A stretch of DNA of 64,000 nucleotides from Eubacteriales bacterium (GCA_045586785.1 JAZNBA010000085.1:18022-82021); one strand, 5' to 3'. Counted from the stretch's first letter, positions 38,506-49,582 are shown. The notes: generated from the letters alone by a model not told the origin. A program made the numbers and translations.

Positions 38506-40773
38506 TTGACACCCAACTCAATATCTTCGGGAGCGATAAGACGTTCTACAATTATGGGCATATTGGTGGCATTGGTTCTTGCTGTATTGCTTTTTAGAAT
38601 ATTGTTGATTCAAACCGTTGATTTTGATAGATATCAATCAAAGGTTATAGATCAATTGACTACAGAGTCTGTTATAAAAGCGGATCGAGGAAATATATAT
38701 GATTCAAATGGAGTGTTGTTAGCCACTAATATTACCACATACAGAATTTTTATTTCACCCAAAGGCATTCTTTCTTTTGATAAGAGTAATGGACTTGAAT
38801 CAGGAACAACTGCCGCTAATATTGCTAAAGGACTGTCCGAGATACTTAACGAAGACTATGGAGTCACATATGAAGCAGTGTTGACGCACACTACATACAC
38901 CAAAGTGTTAGACAGAACTATTGCAAGAAATGTTGATGAACAAACCACAGAAAAAGTTCGTATTTTTATAGCTGACAATAAATATAATGATCAAATATAT
39001 ATAGAAGCTACAAGCACACGTTATTATCCTCAGGGAACTTTGGCTGCGCATGTAATTGGTTTCACAAGTAGTGACGGTGTTGGACTATATGGAATAGAAA
39101 ATAAATATGATGAGCAGTTAAGTGGAATTTCAGGTAAATATATAACGGCACGAGATTCCAGCGGCAATGAGATGCCGTATGAATATGAAAGCTATGTTGC
39201 AGCGCAAAATGGTTATAACATAACATCTACGCTGGATTCATACATTCAATCCGTTCTTGAAAAGCAACTTGAAATGACAATGATTGAGTCGGGAGCTCAA
39301 AATCGCGTATGTGGCATAGTTATGGATGTGGATACGGGTGCTATACTGGGTATGGCTACTGCTCCTTCGTTTGATCTCAATGATCCGTGGACACTGAACG
39401 AATTCTCTCAAAATGAGTTGAAGGAAACGGGAGCTGTTGAGGGTAGCGAGGAATATGATGCTATAAAGCGAGAATTATTGCTGAAAACATGGTCTAACAA
39501 AGCGGTTACCGAGATATATATTCCCGGTTCTACTTTTAAAATATTGACGGTATCAATGGCATTGGAAGAAAAGTTATCTGCGTTGCAGAACAAATTTTTT
39601 TGTTCGGGAGCATATTCTGTTGCAGGTAGATTGATACATTGCCATAATACGAAAGGGCATGGATGGTTGAATTGGCAAGGCGGTCTTCAACAGTCTTGTA
39701 ACCCATTTATGATGAGTTTAGGACAAGGTATAGGAACCGATAAATTTTATAATTATGTAAAGCAATTTGGTTATCTTGAAAAAACGGGAATAGATCTTCC
39801 GGGTGAAGGCACAAGTATATTTTATTCTGAATCTTCGTTTAGTGAAATAGACTTGGCGGTATCTTCGTTTGGACAAAACTTTAAAATATCAGCTATTCAA
39901 CATATAACCGCAATATCTGCAGTTGCTAACGGTGGATATCTTGTGGAGCCGCATGTTGTATCTAAGATAACTGATTCGGACGGAAATATAATATACCAAC
40001 ATTCAAATGAAACCAAAAGACAAATTATTAGTGACGCAACATGCAGAGAGGTTTCGGCAACTCTTGAAATGGGAGTATCCGGTGATGGCGGTGCAAGAAA
40101 CGCATATGTTGCCGGATATAGAGTCGCTGCTAAAACAGGAACATCTGAGAAAATTGGCGATGACAAAGAACTACGTATAGGCTCATGCATTGGATATGCG
40201 CCTGCGGATGATCCAAAGGTAGCGGTTCTTATCATCGTTGATGAGCCGACTATCGGTTCTTTATACGGTAGCTCGGTTGCTGCACCATATGTTGGCAATG
40301 TTATGGAAGAAATACTTCCATATTTGGGGGTAGAAGCTAAATATTCGGCGAAAGAACTTGCCAAATTAGCGATAAGCATCCCTAATTTCTGTTATTGGAC
40401 TACGGATTTGGCACAAACATATGCTGAAAATTTGGATTTGGAAGTGGAAATTCGCGGAGATGGCAAGTATGTTCTTAAACAGTCACCAAATTCAGGAGAT
40501 TTAGTGGAAAAGGGAACAGGAAAGATAATACTTTATACCACCAATGATGAAATTTCCAAAACTTATACAGTACCGGATGTTGTTGGACGAACCGCGGCGG
40601 CTGCAAATAGTTTACTGGTAAGTTCCGGATTTAACGTAAGGATACAAAGCAGTCCGGGTGACTTCAGCGGCCCCGGAACAGTTGTGGTGTCTCAGTCTCC
40701 GGTTGCGGGAACTGTTGCAACAGAAGGTAGTGTTATAACCATTGAGTTTAAACATAACAATGATAAAGACTGA
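38506..40773 (+). CDS. Class B penicillin-binding protein (PBP2B/SpoVD/FtsI family) with C-terminal PASTA domain(s)
   Basis: TTG start with a GAGG SD. SxxK (GSTFK) and KTGT motifs. PASTA-like C-terminus (VPDVVGRTAAAANSLL...). Confidence 0.85.
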   Translation: MTPNSISSGAIRRSTIMGILVALVLAVLLFRILLIQTVDFDRYQSKVIDQLTTESVIKADRGNIYDSNGVLLATNITTYRIFISPKGILSFDKSNGLESGTTAANIAKGLSEILNEDYGVTYEAVLTHTTYTKVLDRTIARNVDEQTTEKVRIFIADNKYNDQIYIEATSTRYYPQGTLAAHVIGFTSSDGVGLYGIENKYDEQLSGISGKYITARDSSGNEMPYEYESYVAAQNGYNITSTLDSYIQSVLEKQLEMTMIESGAQNRVCGIVMDVDTGAILGMATAPSFDLNDPWTLNEFSQNELKETGAVEGSEEYDAIKRELLLKTWSNKAVTEIYIPGSTFKILTVSMALEEKLSALQNKFFCSGAYSVAGRLIHCHNTKGHGWLNWQGGLQQSCNPFMMSLGQGIGTDKFYNYVKQFGYLEKTGIDLPGEGTSIFYSESSFSEIDLAVSSFGQNFKISAIQHITAISAVANGGYLVEPHVVSKITDSDGNIIYQHSNETKRQIISDATCREVSATLEMGVSGDGGARNAYVAGYRVAAKTGTSEKIGDDKELRIGSCIGYAPADDPKVAVLIIVDEPTIGSLYGSSVAAPYVGNVMEEILPYLGVEAKYSAKELAKLAISIPNFCYWTTDLAQTYAENLDLEVEIRGDGKYVLKQSPNSGDLVEKGTGKIILYTTNDEISKTYTVPDVVGRTAAAANSLLVSSGFNVRIQSSPGDFSGPGTVVVSQSPVAGTVATEGSVITIEFKHNNDKD

Positions 40774-40832
40774 TATATTAGTACATGTATAAGCCCGGAA
40801 GTTTAAATATTAACTTCAATGGAGGCAATTAT

Positions 40833-42326
40833 ATGGATTTAATATCACTTTTGAACATAGCAGGAATAGAGTGCCTTGATTTGGTTGAACCAATAAATAT
40901 AACAAAAGTGGTTTCAGATTCTCGATGCATATGTGAGGGATGCTTGTATGTATGTGTAAGAGGAATTCATAACGACGGACACAGATTCATTAATGATGCG
41001 ATTAAAGCGGGCGCAGCTGCTGTTGTTGCAGAAAAAGGCGCATTGGTTGATAAATGCAATATTATTTCATGCATTGTTATTGAAGTAACAAATTCTCGTA
41101 AGGCGCTTGCTTGTTTATGTGATGCTTGGTATGGGTTGCCATCGTCAAAAATGAAATTTATTGCGGTAACAGGTACCAACGGAAAGACAACTGTAACGCA
41201 CATCTTGAAAAAAATATTTGAAACGGCACTATATCGTTGTGGACTTATAGGAACAATCAGCTGTCTGTCGATGGACAGACAGCTGTTTTCTGACAATTTT
41301 AATCCGCTTGCCAATATGACGACTCCGGATCCAGAGCAATTATACTATCTGCTATCTCAAATGGTGAATGATGGTGTTGAATATGTATTTATTGAGGCAT
41401 CTTCTCATGCGCTTGAGTTGGATAAGCTGTTTCCTATACATTTTTCCGCTTCTGTATTTACAAATCTTACTCCTGACCATTTGGATTTTCATGGAGATAT
41501 GGATAAATATGTTGCTGCCAAGAAAAAACTTTTTAAAATGTCGGATTTAGCAGTTGTAAATATGGATTCTAAGTATTATAATGATATTGTAAAAGCATGT
41601 GTTGGCCGTGTGGTGAGTTGCTCAGAGTTGGAAAAAGAGTCGGATTATTTTGCAAATAATGTGGTTGATTGCGGAATCAACGGCTTTAGCTATACAATGA
41701 GCTCCTCCGAAACTATTATTAAGTTAAAAAGTCATTTGCCGGGGAGTTTTAATGTTATGAATACACTTCAGGCGGCCGTATGTGCTTTTGAAATGGGGAT
41801 TTCGCCAATCCATATTGTTGAGGCAATATCTTCTGTTACAGGTATTGACGGAAGAATGGAAAAAATAAAGTTGAGCTCCAATATAGCATTTTCAGTATTT
41901 ATAGATTATGCGCACACTCCGGATGCTTTGGATAATTTATTGAAATCTGTTCGTGAATTTTGTAGTTCGAAACAACGACTGATAGTTGTTTTTGGCTGTG
42001 GAGGCGGACGCGATAAAAGCAAGCGACCTATCATGGGCGAAATAGCCACCCGGCTTGCGGATTTTGTTGTTATTACGTCAGATAATTGCAGAGATGAGTC
42101 TCCGAATGATATTATAGAAGATATATTATCAGGCGTTTCAGGACGAAAAAATTATAAGATAATTGCTGATAGAAGAATCGCAATAGAGCAAACAATAAGA
42201 AGTGCCAAACCTAATGACGTAATAATATTAGCCGGAAAAGGGCATGAACAATATGAGATAAATCAAAATGGCAAAGTGCCTTTTTCAGAAAAAAATATTG
42301 TTTTAAATGTAGTAGATAATATCTAA
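40833..42326 (+). CDS. murE: UDP-N-acetylmuramoyl-L-alanyl-D-glutamate--2,6-diaminopimelate ligase
   Basis: GTNGKTT P-loop, EASSH, and the DNPR-like motif DNCRDE. Start at ATG 40833, 7 nt after GGAGG. Confidence 0.88.
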   Translation: MDLISLLNIAGIECLDLVEPINITKVVSDSRCICEGCLYVCVRGIHNDGHRFINDAIKAGAAAVVAEKGALVDKCNIISCIVIEVTNSRKALACLCDAWYGLPSSKMKFIAVTGTNGKTTVTHILKKIFETALYRCGLIGTISCLSMDRQLFSDNFNPLANMTTPDPEQLYYLLSQMVNDGVEYVFIEASSHALELDKLFPIHFSASVFTNLTPDHLDFHGDMDKYVAAKKKLFKMSDLAVVNMDSKYYNDIVKACVGRVVSCSELEKESDYFANNVVDCGINGFSYTMSSSETIIKLKSHLPGSFNVMNTLQAAVCAFEMGISPIHIVEAISSVTGIDGRMEKIKLSSNIAFSVFIDYAHTPDALDNLLKSVREFCSSKQRLIVVFGCGGGRDKSKRPIMGEIATRLADFVVITSDNCRDESPNDIIEDILSGVSGRKNYKIIADRRIAIEQTIRSAKPNDVIILAGKGHEQYEINQNGKVPFSEKNIVLNVVDNI

Positions 42327-42356
42327 TAAGCAAACAAATGACAAGTGGAGGAGCTT

Positions 42357-43811
42357 ATGAAAATAAAATTGGGGGCCGGGACATTAACAATGTCGGAAAT
42401 ATCTTGTTATACGAATGGAATTGTATGTGGTCCTGCGAATATTAAAATTGAATATGTATGTACCGACTCTCGTGAAGCTGATGAACACACACTGTTCGTT
42501 GCGTTTACAGGCGAGCGTGTGGATGGCCATGATTATGTGCTTTCGTCGTATCAGGCGGGATGCAGATGCTTTTTGACAGAAAGGAAAATTGATATTCCCA
42601 GCGACGCGTGTTTAGTTTTGGTACATGATAGTACGCAAGCGCTGTTGCAAATGGCTGCTGAATACAAATGTAGAGTAGACTGTCGCAGAATAGGTATAAC
42701 AGGTAGCGTGGGAAAGACAACTACTAAAGAAATGGTTGCGTCGGTGCTATCTGAATTTGGTGAAACACATAAAACGTTTGGCAATTATAACAGCACTATA
42801 GGTATGCCGCTTACACTAATGGAAACTCCACAAAGCACAGAGATGTCAGTAATCGAAATGGCAATGAGTGGATTGGGCGAGATTCGTGCAATGTCATTAT
42901 CAGCTTGTCCTGATATTGCTGTGATTACTAACATAGGCAGCTCTCACATGGAATCTTTGGGTTCGCGCGAAAATATAAGAAATGCTAAGCTTGAGATCAT
43001 TGAAGGTTTGAAGACCGATGGATATTTGATAATTAACGCAGATGACTCTATGCTGAAAAATATGTCTTACAACGTAAAAAATGTTGTTCGCATAGGAATA
43101 AATAACGTTCAAGCCGATTATGTGGCTCAAAATATAGAAACAAATCAAAGCTGTACTTTATTTGACATTAAGTGTACAAGTAAGACCATAAAAAATATAA
43201 AAATTCCCGTTATTGGAGAGCATAATGTTTATGCGGCCTTGATTGCTGCGGCAATTAGTGATATAATTGGAATTGATGAAAATAAGCTTAAGGTTGGGCT
43301 TGCTTCCTTTGCCGGTGTGGGCTTGCGCCAAAACATTGTTCATATAGGAGATTTGACCGTAATTGAGGACTGTTATAATGCAAGTCCTGAGTCGATGAGA
43401 GCGGCTATAAATGTATTGTGCAAGCTTGGTGGTAAAGACAAACGCAAGTTAGCTTTGCTGGGAGATATGCGGGAACTGGGTAACAGCTCTGAGGCATTGC
43501 ATCGTGGTATTGGAGAATATGTTGTCGAAAATGGCGTTGATATGTTGTTTACGATTGGAAGATCGGCTCGTTATATTGCAGACGGAGCTTTGAAATGTGG
43601 AATGAGCAGTGAATCAATATTTATCAATGAAGATGAGAACGAATATGAGAATGTGGCAAACGAAATAATGCGAATATCAACCATGGGAGATGTTCTTTTA
43701 GTTAAAGCCAGTCGTGCTATACGGGCAGAACGAGTGGTGGAATCTTTACAACGGCTTTATGATGGTGAGATAACTAAAAATAATGACAATTTTAAAGGAC
43801 AGGATTTGTGA
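42357..43811 (+). CDS. murF: UDP-N-acetylmuramoyl-tripeptide--D-alanyl-D-alanine ligase
   Basis: GITGSVGKTTTKE P-loop, DCYNASP and LGDMRELG motifs. Start at ATG 42357 after GGAGGAG. Confidence 0.88.
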   Translation: MKIKLGAGTLTMSEISCYTNGIVCGPANIKIEYVCTDSREADEHTLFVAFTGERVDGHDYVLSSYQAGCRCFLTERKIDIPSDACLVLVHDSTQALLQMAAEYKCRVDCRRIGITGSVGKTTTKEMVASVLSEFGETHKTFGNYNSTIGMPLTLMETPQSTEMSVIEMAMSGLGEIRAMSLSACPDIAVITNIGSSHMESLGSRENIRNAKLEIIEGLKTDGYLIINADDSMLKNMSYNVKNVVRIGINNVQADYVAQNIETNQSCTLFDIKCTSKTIKNIKIPVIGEHNVYAALIAAAISDIIGIDENKLKVGLASFAGVGLRQNIVHIGDLTVIEDCYNASPESMRAAINVLCKLGGKDKRKLALLGDMRELGNSSEALHRGIGEYVVENGVDMLFTIGRSARYIADGALKCGMSSESIFINEDENEYENVANEIMRISTMGDVLLVKASRAIRAERVVESLQRLYDGEITKNNDNFKGQDL

Positions 43812-44809
43812 TGAAATATAAAATGCTGATAGAATTTATTGCGGTATTGGTAAGTGTATTTGGCCTTACGGTTATAGCTGCCAGAATAATTATCCCTATT
43901 TTAAAAAGTCATAAAATGGGACAGGTGATATTAGATATTGGTCCCAGGTGGCACAAAAGTAAAGAGGGAACACCCACAATGGGAGGCATATGTTTTATTT
44001 TAGCAATTCTCATTGTTTTGGCCGTAGTAGCTGTGTATTCTGCGTTCGTTGGTGGAACATCTGAGCTTATTCCGCTTGCGTTAACATTATGCTTGGCTGT
44101 TTTTAATGGTATTATAGGCTTTGTGGATGATTATTGTAAACTTGTAAAAAAGAAAAATGAAGGACTAAAGGCATATCAGAAGTTTTTACTTCAACTCATT
44201 GCGGCAGGTGCATATATTTATATAATGATCATAACCGAAAATATTAACACATCTCTGCATATTCCTTTTACCGATATTTCAGTTGAATTGGGATGGGGAT
44301 ATTATGTTTTTGCGGTGTTGATAATAACAGGTGTGGTCAACAGTGTTAATCTTACCGATGGCATTGACGGATTGGCGAGTTGTGTTGTTTTTGTGATTGC
44401 TTCGTTTTTTGCTGTTGTAGCATTTTCTTTGAGTTTCTTGTCACTTGCATTGGCGTCTGCGTCGCTTATCGGAGGAACACTTGGATTCCTTGTGTACAAC
44501 TTTCACCCTGCACGAGTTTTTATGGGAGATACCGGTTCATTGTTCTTAGGTGGAATGATCGTTGGAATGGCATTTATGATAGGTGATCCATTGATAATTA
44601 TTTTGGCTGGATTAGTTTGTATTATAGAAACTTTTTCCGTTATGCTTCAGGTAGGATATTATAAACTAACACATGGAAAAAGGCTGTTTAAGATGGCACC
44701 CATCCATCATCATTTTGAAAAATGTGGTTGGAGTGAAAACAAAGTTGTTCTTGTGTTCAGTTTAATAACACTTGTTGGCTGTATTGCCGCGTGGTTTGGC
44801 TTGGGATAA
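43811..44809 (+). CDS. mraY: Phospho-N-acetylmuramoyl-pentapeptide transferase
   Basis: K.GTPTMGG, NLTDGIDGLA, MGDTGSL and APIHHHFE motifs. ATG overlaps the murF stop (TGATG). Confidence 0.92.
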   Translation: MKYKMLIEFIAVLVSVFGLTVIAARIIIPILKSHKMGQVILDIGPRWHKSKEGTPTMGGICFILAILIVLAVVAVYSAFVGGTSELIPLALTLCLAVFNGIIGFVDDYCKLVKKKNEGLKAYQKFLLQLIAAGAYIYIMIITENINTSLHIPFTDISVELGWGYYVFAVLIITGVVNSVNLTDGIDGLASCVVFVIASFFAVVAFSLSFLSLALASASLIGGTLGFLVYNFHPARVFMGDTGSLFLGGMIVGMAFMIGDPLIIILAGLVCIIETFSVMLQVGYYKLTHGKRLFKMAPIHHHFEKCGWSENKVVLVFSLITLVGCIAAWFGLG

Positions 44810-44836
44810 AATATTTATGATAAAGGAGGCGTGATT

Positions 44837-46087
44837 ATGGGTTATAATAAAAATAAAAACATGAATATTGAACACGGCTTTATATCGCGCTTTCGGAAAA
44901 AAGCAACTGTCGAAAATGCAAACAACGATAATTGTTCTTCTAAAAATGTCAGTACGTCGCAATTAATGGCAAGGGGCAGTATAGATATGTGGTTTATGCT
45001 GATCGTGGTGGCACTGCTGTGCTTTGGAGCAGTTATGTCATTCAGTGCCAGCGCAGTTTATGCAAAGCAGCATTATGGGGAAAGTACGTATTTTTTGTGG
45101 AGATATATAATGTTCGCTGCGATTGCGATTATAGGAACGGTGCCTTTTATAATGTTTGCTCGGCCGTGGTTTTGGAGATTATTTGGCGTATGCTCATATG
45201 CAATGTCGGTTATCCTTTTGCTGTTGGTTTTGTTAATTGGCAGCGAGGGCGGCGGCGCACAGCGTTGGATTGCTATTGGGCCAATAACGATACAACCATC
45301 TGAGGTAGCTAAGATGGCGGTAGTACTTGCCTTGGCATTGTACATGAGCAAGTATGAAAAACGTATTAAGTCCGATGTGCCGGGTAACAACAGCTTCAGA
45401 TATGGGGTAATAAATCCTGCCCTTATTTTCGGTTTTATCTGTATGTTGGTCGCTCTTGAAAAGCACATATCCGGTTTGATGATCATTGGCATGTTAGGTA
45501 TTGCGGTTATGTTTATGGGGGGCACCAGATTAAAATATATTTTTCTTATAGTTGGTGCTATAGCGGTTGCAGGCGTATTGCTCATTTTGGTTTCTGATTA
45601 CGCACGTGATAGAGTAACTACTTGGTTGTTCCTTGAAAAGGCTGATCCATTGGGCTCAGCGTGGCAAACATGGCAAGGTTTATATGCTATAGGATCCGGC
45701 GGCTTGTTCGGAAAGGGACTCGGCAATAGTTTGCAAAAATTCGGTTATGTATCGGAACCTCAAAATGATTTTATTTTTACAATAATTTGCGAAGAGCTTG
45801 GCTTCTTTGGCGCATTGCTTGTGGTTTTGCTGTTTGGGTTGCTGGTTTGGAGAGGCTTCAAAATTGCATCCAAGGCACCTGACAAGTTCAGTTCCTTGGT
45901 TGTTTACGGACTAACATTCAAAGTCGCGCTTCAAACTATACTCAATATCGCTGTAGTTACCAATTCCATGCCTAATACTGGTATATCGTTGCCGTTTTTC
46001 AGTTCAGGTGGAACATCACTTGCTGTTCAAATATTTGAAATGGGTATAATACTATCTATATCAAGATACAGTATGCAAAAAAGATAA
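44837..46087 (+). CDS. ftsW: SEDS-family peptidoglycan polymerase FtsW/SpoVE
   Basis: 10-TM SEDS protein with QPSE.AK, DFIF and LP..S.GGTS motifs. Start at ATG 44837, 7 nt after GGAGG. Confidence 0.85.
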   Translation: MGYNKNKNMNIEHGFISRFRKKATVENANNDNCSSKNVSTSQLMARGSIDMWFMLIVVALLCFGAVMSFSASAVYAKQHYGESTYFLWRYIMFAAIAIIGTVPFIMFARPWFWRLFGVCSYAMSVILLLLVLLIGSEGGGAQRWIAIGPITIQPSEVAKMAVVLALALYMSKYEKRIKSDVPGNNSFRYGVINPALIFGFICMLVALEKHISGLMIIGMLGIAVMFMGGTRLKYIFLIVGAIAVAGVLLILVSDYARDRVTTWLFLEKADPLGSAWQTWQGLYAIGSGGLFGKGLGNSLQKFGYVSEPQNDFIFTIICEELGFFGALLVVLLFGLLVWRGFKIASKAPDKFSSLVVYGLTFKVALQTILNIAVVTNSMPNTGISLPFFSSGGTSLAVQIFEMGIILSISRYSMQKR

Positions 46088-46106
46088 GGATAAGGAGACT
46101 AAATAT

Positions 46107-47219
46107 ATGAGAGTTTTAATGAGTGGCGGCGGTACCGGAGGCCATATAAATCCGGCTCTTGCTATAGCGGATACTATAAAGCAAAACGATCCGACTGCGG
46201 AGATAGCTTTTGTTGGAACTAAGCACGGGAAAGAAGTTGAACTTGTTCCGCGTGCAGGGTATCCACTTCACTTTGTAGAGATACAGGGTATAGTTAGATC
46301 TTTATCACTTAAAAACATAAAGACTGCGTATTACATATTGACTGCCCCTGGCAAAGCAGCAAGGTTGATAGATAGTTTTAAGCCTGATATTGTTATAGGT
46401 ACGGGAGGATACGCATGTTGGCCCACGCTGGCAGCAGCGGCAAAAAAAGGGATTCCCACAATGGTTCATGAATCTAATGCTATACCGGGATTGGCGGTGA
46501 AAAAGCTACAGAATCAAGTAGATAAAATACTTGTTAATTTCGAACACACTGCAGAGAAGTTACATGCTTCTAAAGACAAAATAGTTCGTGTTGGAAATCC
46601 GCTGAGAGGTGGATTTGGATCGCATACATCACAGCGCGCCAAAGAACTGCTCGGTATAGAAGATTATAGTCACATTGTGATGTGCTTTGGCGGAAGTTTA
46701 GGAGCGGCTGCGCTTAATGAAAATGCTAAGAAGTTTATGGTTGAATGTGCTGAATCGCATCCTGATATACTTTATGTGCATGCTGCCGGAGTTCGATATT
46801 ATGATAAAATGAAGGACGATTGTTCTAAATTGGGTATAGACAAGTGCAGTAATATCAGATTACTTGACTATATTCATGATATGCCATTGTGGATGTCTGC
46901 CGCGGATGTTGTTATAGCCAGAGCAGGAGCAATGACGATTTCGGAACTGGCGCTGATGAATAAGGCGTGTATATTGATACCATCGCCAAATGTTGTGGAT
47001 GATCATCAATATAAGAATGCCAAAGTGCTTGAAGATAAGGGGGCGGCCGTTCTTGTTCGTGAGACAGATATTACAGGGGATAGATACGCCAAAGAAATAT
47101 TAGATTTGCTTAACGATCGGGAAAAGCGCGGCTCGCTTTGCAAAAATATAGGACAATTTGCTGATCGCGATGCTAATCGTTTGATATATGATGAAGTCAA
47201 AAAGCTTGTAAGGACATAA
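46107..47219 (+). CDS. murG: Undecaprenyldiphospho-muramoylpentapeptide beta-N-acetylglucosaminyltransferase
   Basis: GGGTGGHINPALA N-terminus and the C-terminal GAMT.SE motif. Confidence 0.9.
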   Translation: MRVLMSGGGTGGHINPALAIADTIKQNDPTAEIAFVGTKHGKEVELVPRAGYPLHFVEIQGIVRSLSLKNIKTAYYILTAPGKAARLIDSFKPDIVIGTGGYACWPTLAAAAKKGIPTMVHESNAIPGLAVKKLQNQVDKILVNFEHTAEKLHASKDKIVRVGNPLRGGFGSHTSQRAKELLGIEDYSHIVMCFGGSLGAAALNENAKKFMVECAESHPDILYVHAAGVRYYDKMKDDCSKLGIDKCSNIRLLDYIHDMPLWMSAADVVIARAGAMTISELALMNKACILIPSPNVVDDHQYKNAKVLEDKGAAVLVRETDITGDRYAKEILDLLNDREKRGSLCKNIGQFADRDANRLIYDEVKKLVRT

Positions 47220-47224
47220 TATTT

Positions 47225-47998
47225 ATGGATAATACGGAAAAGAGTAGCGCATTGCCGTCGGCACATAATAAATGGAGTAAATATGTGCTTGCGCTCTTTA
47301 TTGCGCTTTTGATTGTATTAATAATATGGTGCGTTTGTATAATAGTCGGGTCGATGGGAACAGTTAAAAATATAACCGTTCAGGGTGAATCTATTTATTC
47401 AGATGAACACATAATAGCAGCTTGCGGGCTTGAGTTGGGGATGAAAAATAAACAAGTTGACACTAAGGCTTCCGAAAAAATGATATTGAAGTTTTTGCCC
47501 TGCATATCAAGCTCTACGGTGAAGAAAAAACTTGGAGGAAATGTGATAATATGTGTCACATCTGAAAATATAAAATATTCATCTAACATTTCCAATGAGT
47601 ATTTTGTGATGTCTGACAGCTTCAAGGTTTTATATGCAAGTGGAACAGTCGCGCCGGAAAATATTCCTTTGGAGATATCGTTGCCGGATATTAAGCAAGC
47701 GATTGTTGGAGAAGAAATTAAGTTTTATGATGACATATCGTACATTAAAGAATTCATTGGAATACTTGAAGAATCTGATTTGAATGCAGGTATAACGTTT
47801 ATCGATTTCTCTAACAAATACGCTTTGGAATTGGTTTATAAAAATAAATATAGCGTGCGTTTTGGATCTCTTGACAATATGGATTTGAAATTGCAAAAAA
47901 TATATTTGATAATGGATGATATAGCTTTAACAGAAGAGACCAAAGCGATAATTGATGTTTCGGATATTTCTCACCCTACTGTAAAAGTGTTGTCATAA
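47225..47998 (+). CDS. ftsQ: Cell-division protein FtsQ/DivIB
   Basis: Single N-terminal TM followed by a POTRA-like region (I.V.G....S...I). It sits after murG. Confidence 0.6.
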   Translation: MDNTEKSSALPSAHNKWSKYVLALFIALLIVLIIWCVCIIVGSMGTVKNITVQGESIYSDEHIIAACGLELGMKNKQVDTKASEKMILKFLPCISSSTVKKKLGGNVIICVTSENIKYSSNISNEYFVMSDSFKVLYASGTVAPENIPLEISLPDIKQAIVGEEIKFYDDISYIKEFIGILEESDLNAGITFIDFSNKYALELVYKNKYSVRFGSLDNMDLKLQKIYLIMDDIALTEETKAIIDVSDISHPTVKVLS

Positions 47999-48004
47999 CA
48001 ATAA

Positions 48005-48038
48005 AAAATCCGTGCCCGGCGTTTGGACACGGATTTTT
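48005..48038 (+). terminator. Rho-independent terminator after ftsQ
   Basis: AAAATCCGTG-(13 nt)-CACGGATTTT. Confidence 0.75.
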
Positions 48039-48310
48039 GTGATATTTAATTAATAAAAAACGCCAATATACAACATTTTGTGTTGCTTATGATAACATAA
48101 TACAATAAATTGTGTCAAAAGCGTGTTGCAAATCAAAAAATTTTACTATTAAAATACCACAATTTAATAAAAAGAGACGAGTTGTATTAAATTGCGCAAA
48201 ACATATTGCAAAATTTGCAAAAATATATTATTATTATATATGACAAAAACGACCGTGTTGGATGCGCGGCGGACAAAATACAGATTGTAAAAAACAGGAG
48301 GATTTATCTC

Positions 48311-49582
48311 ATGACATTTGAACATGACGATGCCATTGAAACCAGTAGTGTGAATATTAAGGTTATCGGTGTTGGCGGTGGTGGCAACAATGCGGTTAAC
48401 CGTATGATTTCGACTAATATCCGCGGCGTTCAGTTCGTATCTATTAATACAGACCGTCAAGCGCTTCGCCGCTCTGATGCTCCTAATCAGCTGGTTATCG
48501 GTGAAAAAATAACCAAAGGCTTTGGTGCCGGTGCTAACCCCGCTATCGGCGCAAGAGCTGCTGAAGAATCGATCGAAGAAATTAAAGCTATGCTTTCGGG
48601 CTCTGATATGGTGTTTGTTACATCCGGTATGGGTGGCGGTACAGGTACGGGTGCGGCTCCTATAGTTGCTAAAGTAGCAAAAGAAATGGATATACTTACC
48701 GTAGGTATAGTTACCAAGCCCTTTGCGTTCGAGGGTAAAAAGAGAATGGATCAGGCTGAAGAGGGTATTGCTGAACTTAGCCAGTACGTTGACTCGCTGG
48801 TCGTTATTCCTAACGAGAGACTGAAGCAGGTTTCCGAGACTCGTATCACTCTTACCAACGCATTTGAAATCGCCGACGACGTTCTTCGTCGCGGTGTTCA
48901 GAGCATTTCCGAGCTTATCAATGTTCCCGAATATATTAACCTTGACTTTGCTGACGTTACATCTGTTATGAGCAATGCGGGTTATGCTCATATGGGCGTT
49001 GGTAGTGCTACCGGTAAGGATAAGGCTGAATTGGCAGCTAAGGCTGCTATCTCCAGCCCGTTGCTTGAGACATCCATTAAGGGTGCTCGCGGTATACTTA
49101 TCAGTATTTCCGGCTCTCCTGATATTGGACTCGAAGATGTCGACCTTGCTTGTAACATGGTATACAATGAAGCTCATCCTGACGCTAATGTTATCTTTGG
49201 TGTTGCTCTTGACCCTGAACTTGAGGATGAAATGCGCATAACTATCATAGCAACCGGTTTTGAAAAGAAGCCTGAAGATATGATAAATGAAGTAAGAAGA
49301 CCTGTTTTTGGCACGCGAGTTGAGGCTGCACCGGCACCTGTGACCCCTGTTGCTCCTGTTGCACCTAAAGCAGAACCTGTTGCAGCGCCTGTAGCAGAAC
49401 CTGTTGCTGAGGTAAAGGTTGAAGTTAAAGAGGAAGAACCCATAGTATCTGCTCAGGATAAAAAGAAGGCACTTGTAGAGTCATTTGCAGAAGAAACTGA
49501 CGGAGACAATGCAATTTCTGATAAGGATTTCGAAGCAATTATGGCGATACTTCGCAATTCCAGAAATCGTAACAATAAATAA
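48311..49582 (+). CDS. ftsZ: Cell-division GTPase FtsZ
   Basis: [23 protein letters not shown] and [10 protein letters not shown] motifs. AGGAGG lies 9 nt upstream of ATG 48311. The ORF-track TTG start at 48206 is an upstream extension. Confidence 0.95.
   Translation: MTFEHDDAIETSSVNIKVIGVGGGGNNAVNRMISTNIRGVQFVSINTDRQALRRSDAPNQLVIGEKITKGFGAGANPAIGARAAEESIEEIKAMLSGSDMVFVTSGMGGGTGTGAAPIVAKVAKEMDILTVGIVTKPFAFEGKKRMDQAEEGIAELSQYVDSLVVIPNERLKQVSETRITLTNAFEIADDVLRRGVQSISELINVPEYINLDFADVTSVMSNAGYAHMGVGSATGKDKAELAAKAAISSPLLETSIKGARGILISISGSPDIGLEDVDLACNMVYNEAHPDANVIFGVALDPELEDEMRITIIATGFEKKPEDMINEVRRPVFGTRVEAAPAPVTPVAPVAPKAEPVAAPVAEPVAEVKVEVKEEEPIVSAQDKKKALVESFAEETDGDNAISDKDFEAIMAILRNSRNRNNK
49325..49410 (+). 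repeat. Low-complexity Pro/Val/Ala repeat encoding the FtsZ C-terminal linker
   Basis: Iterated CCTGTTGC(A/T) units encoding [22 protein letters not shown]. Confidence 0.7.

Noticed and set aside
48164-49177. 337-aa ORF on the minus strand.
   Set aside because: It lies entirely antisense to ftsZ, whose identity is unambiguous. The translation is low-complexity with no start context. It is an artefact of codon bias in a highly expressed gene.
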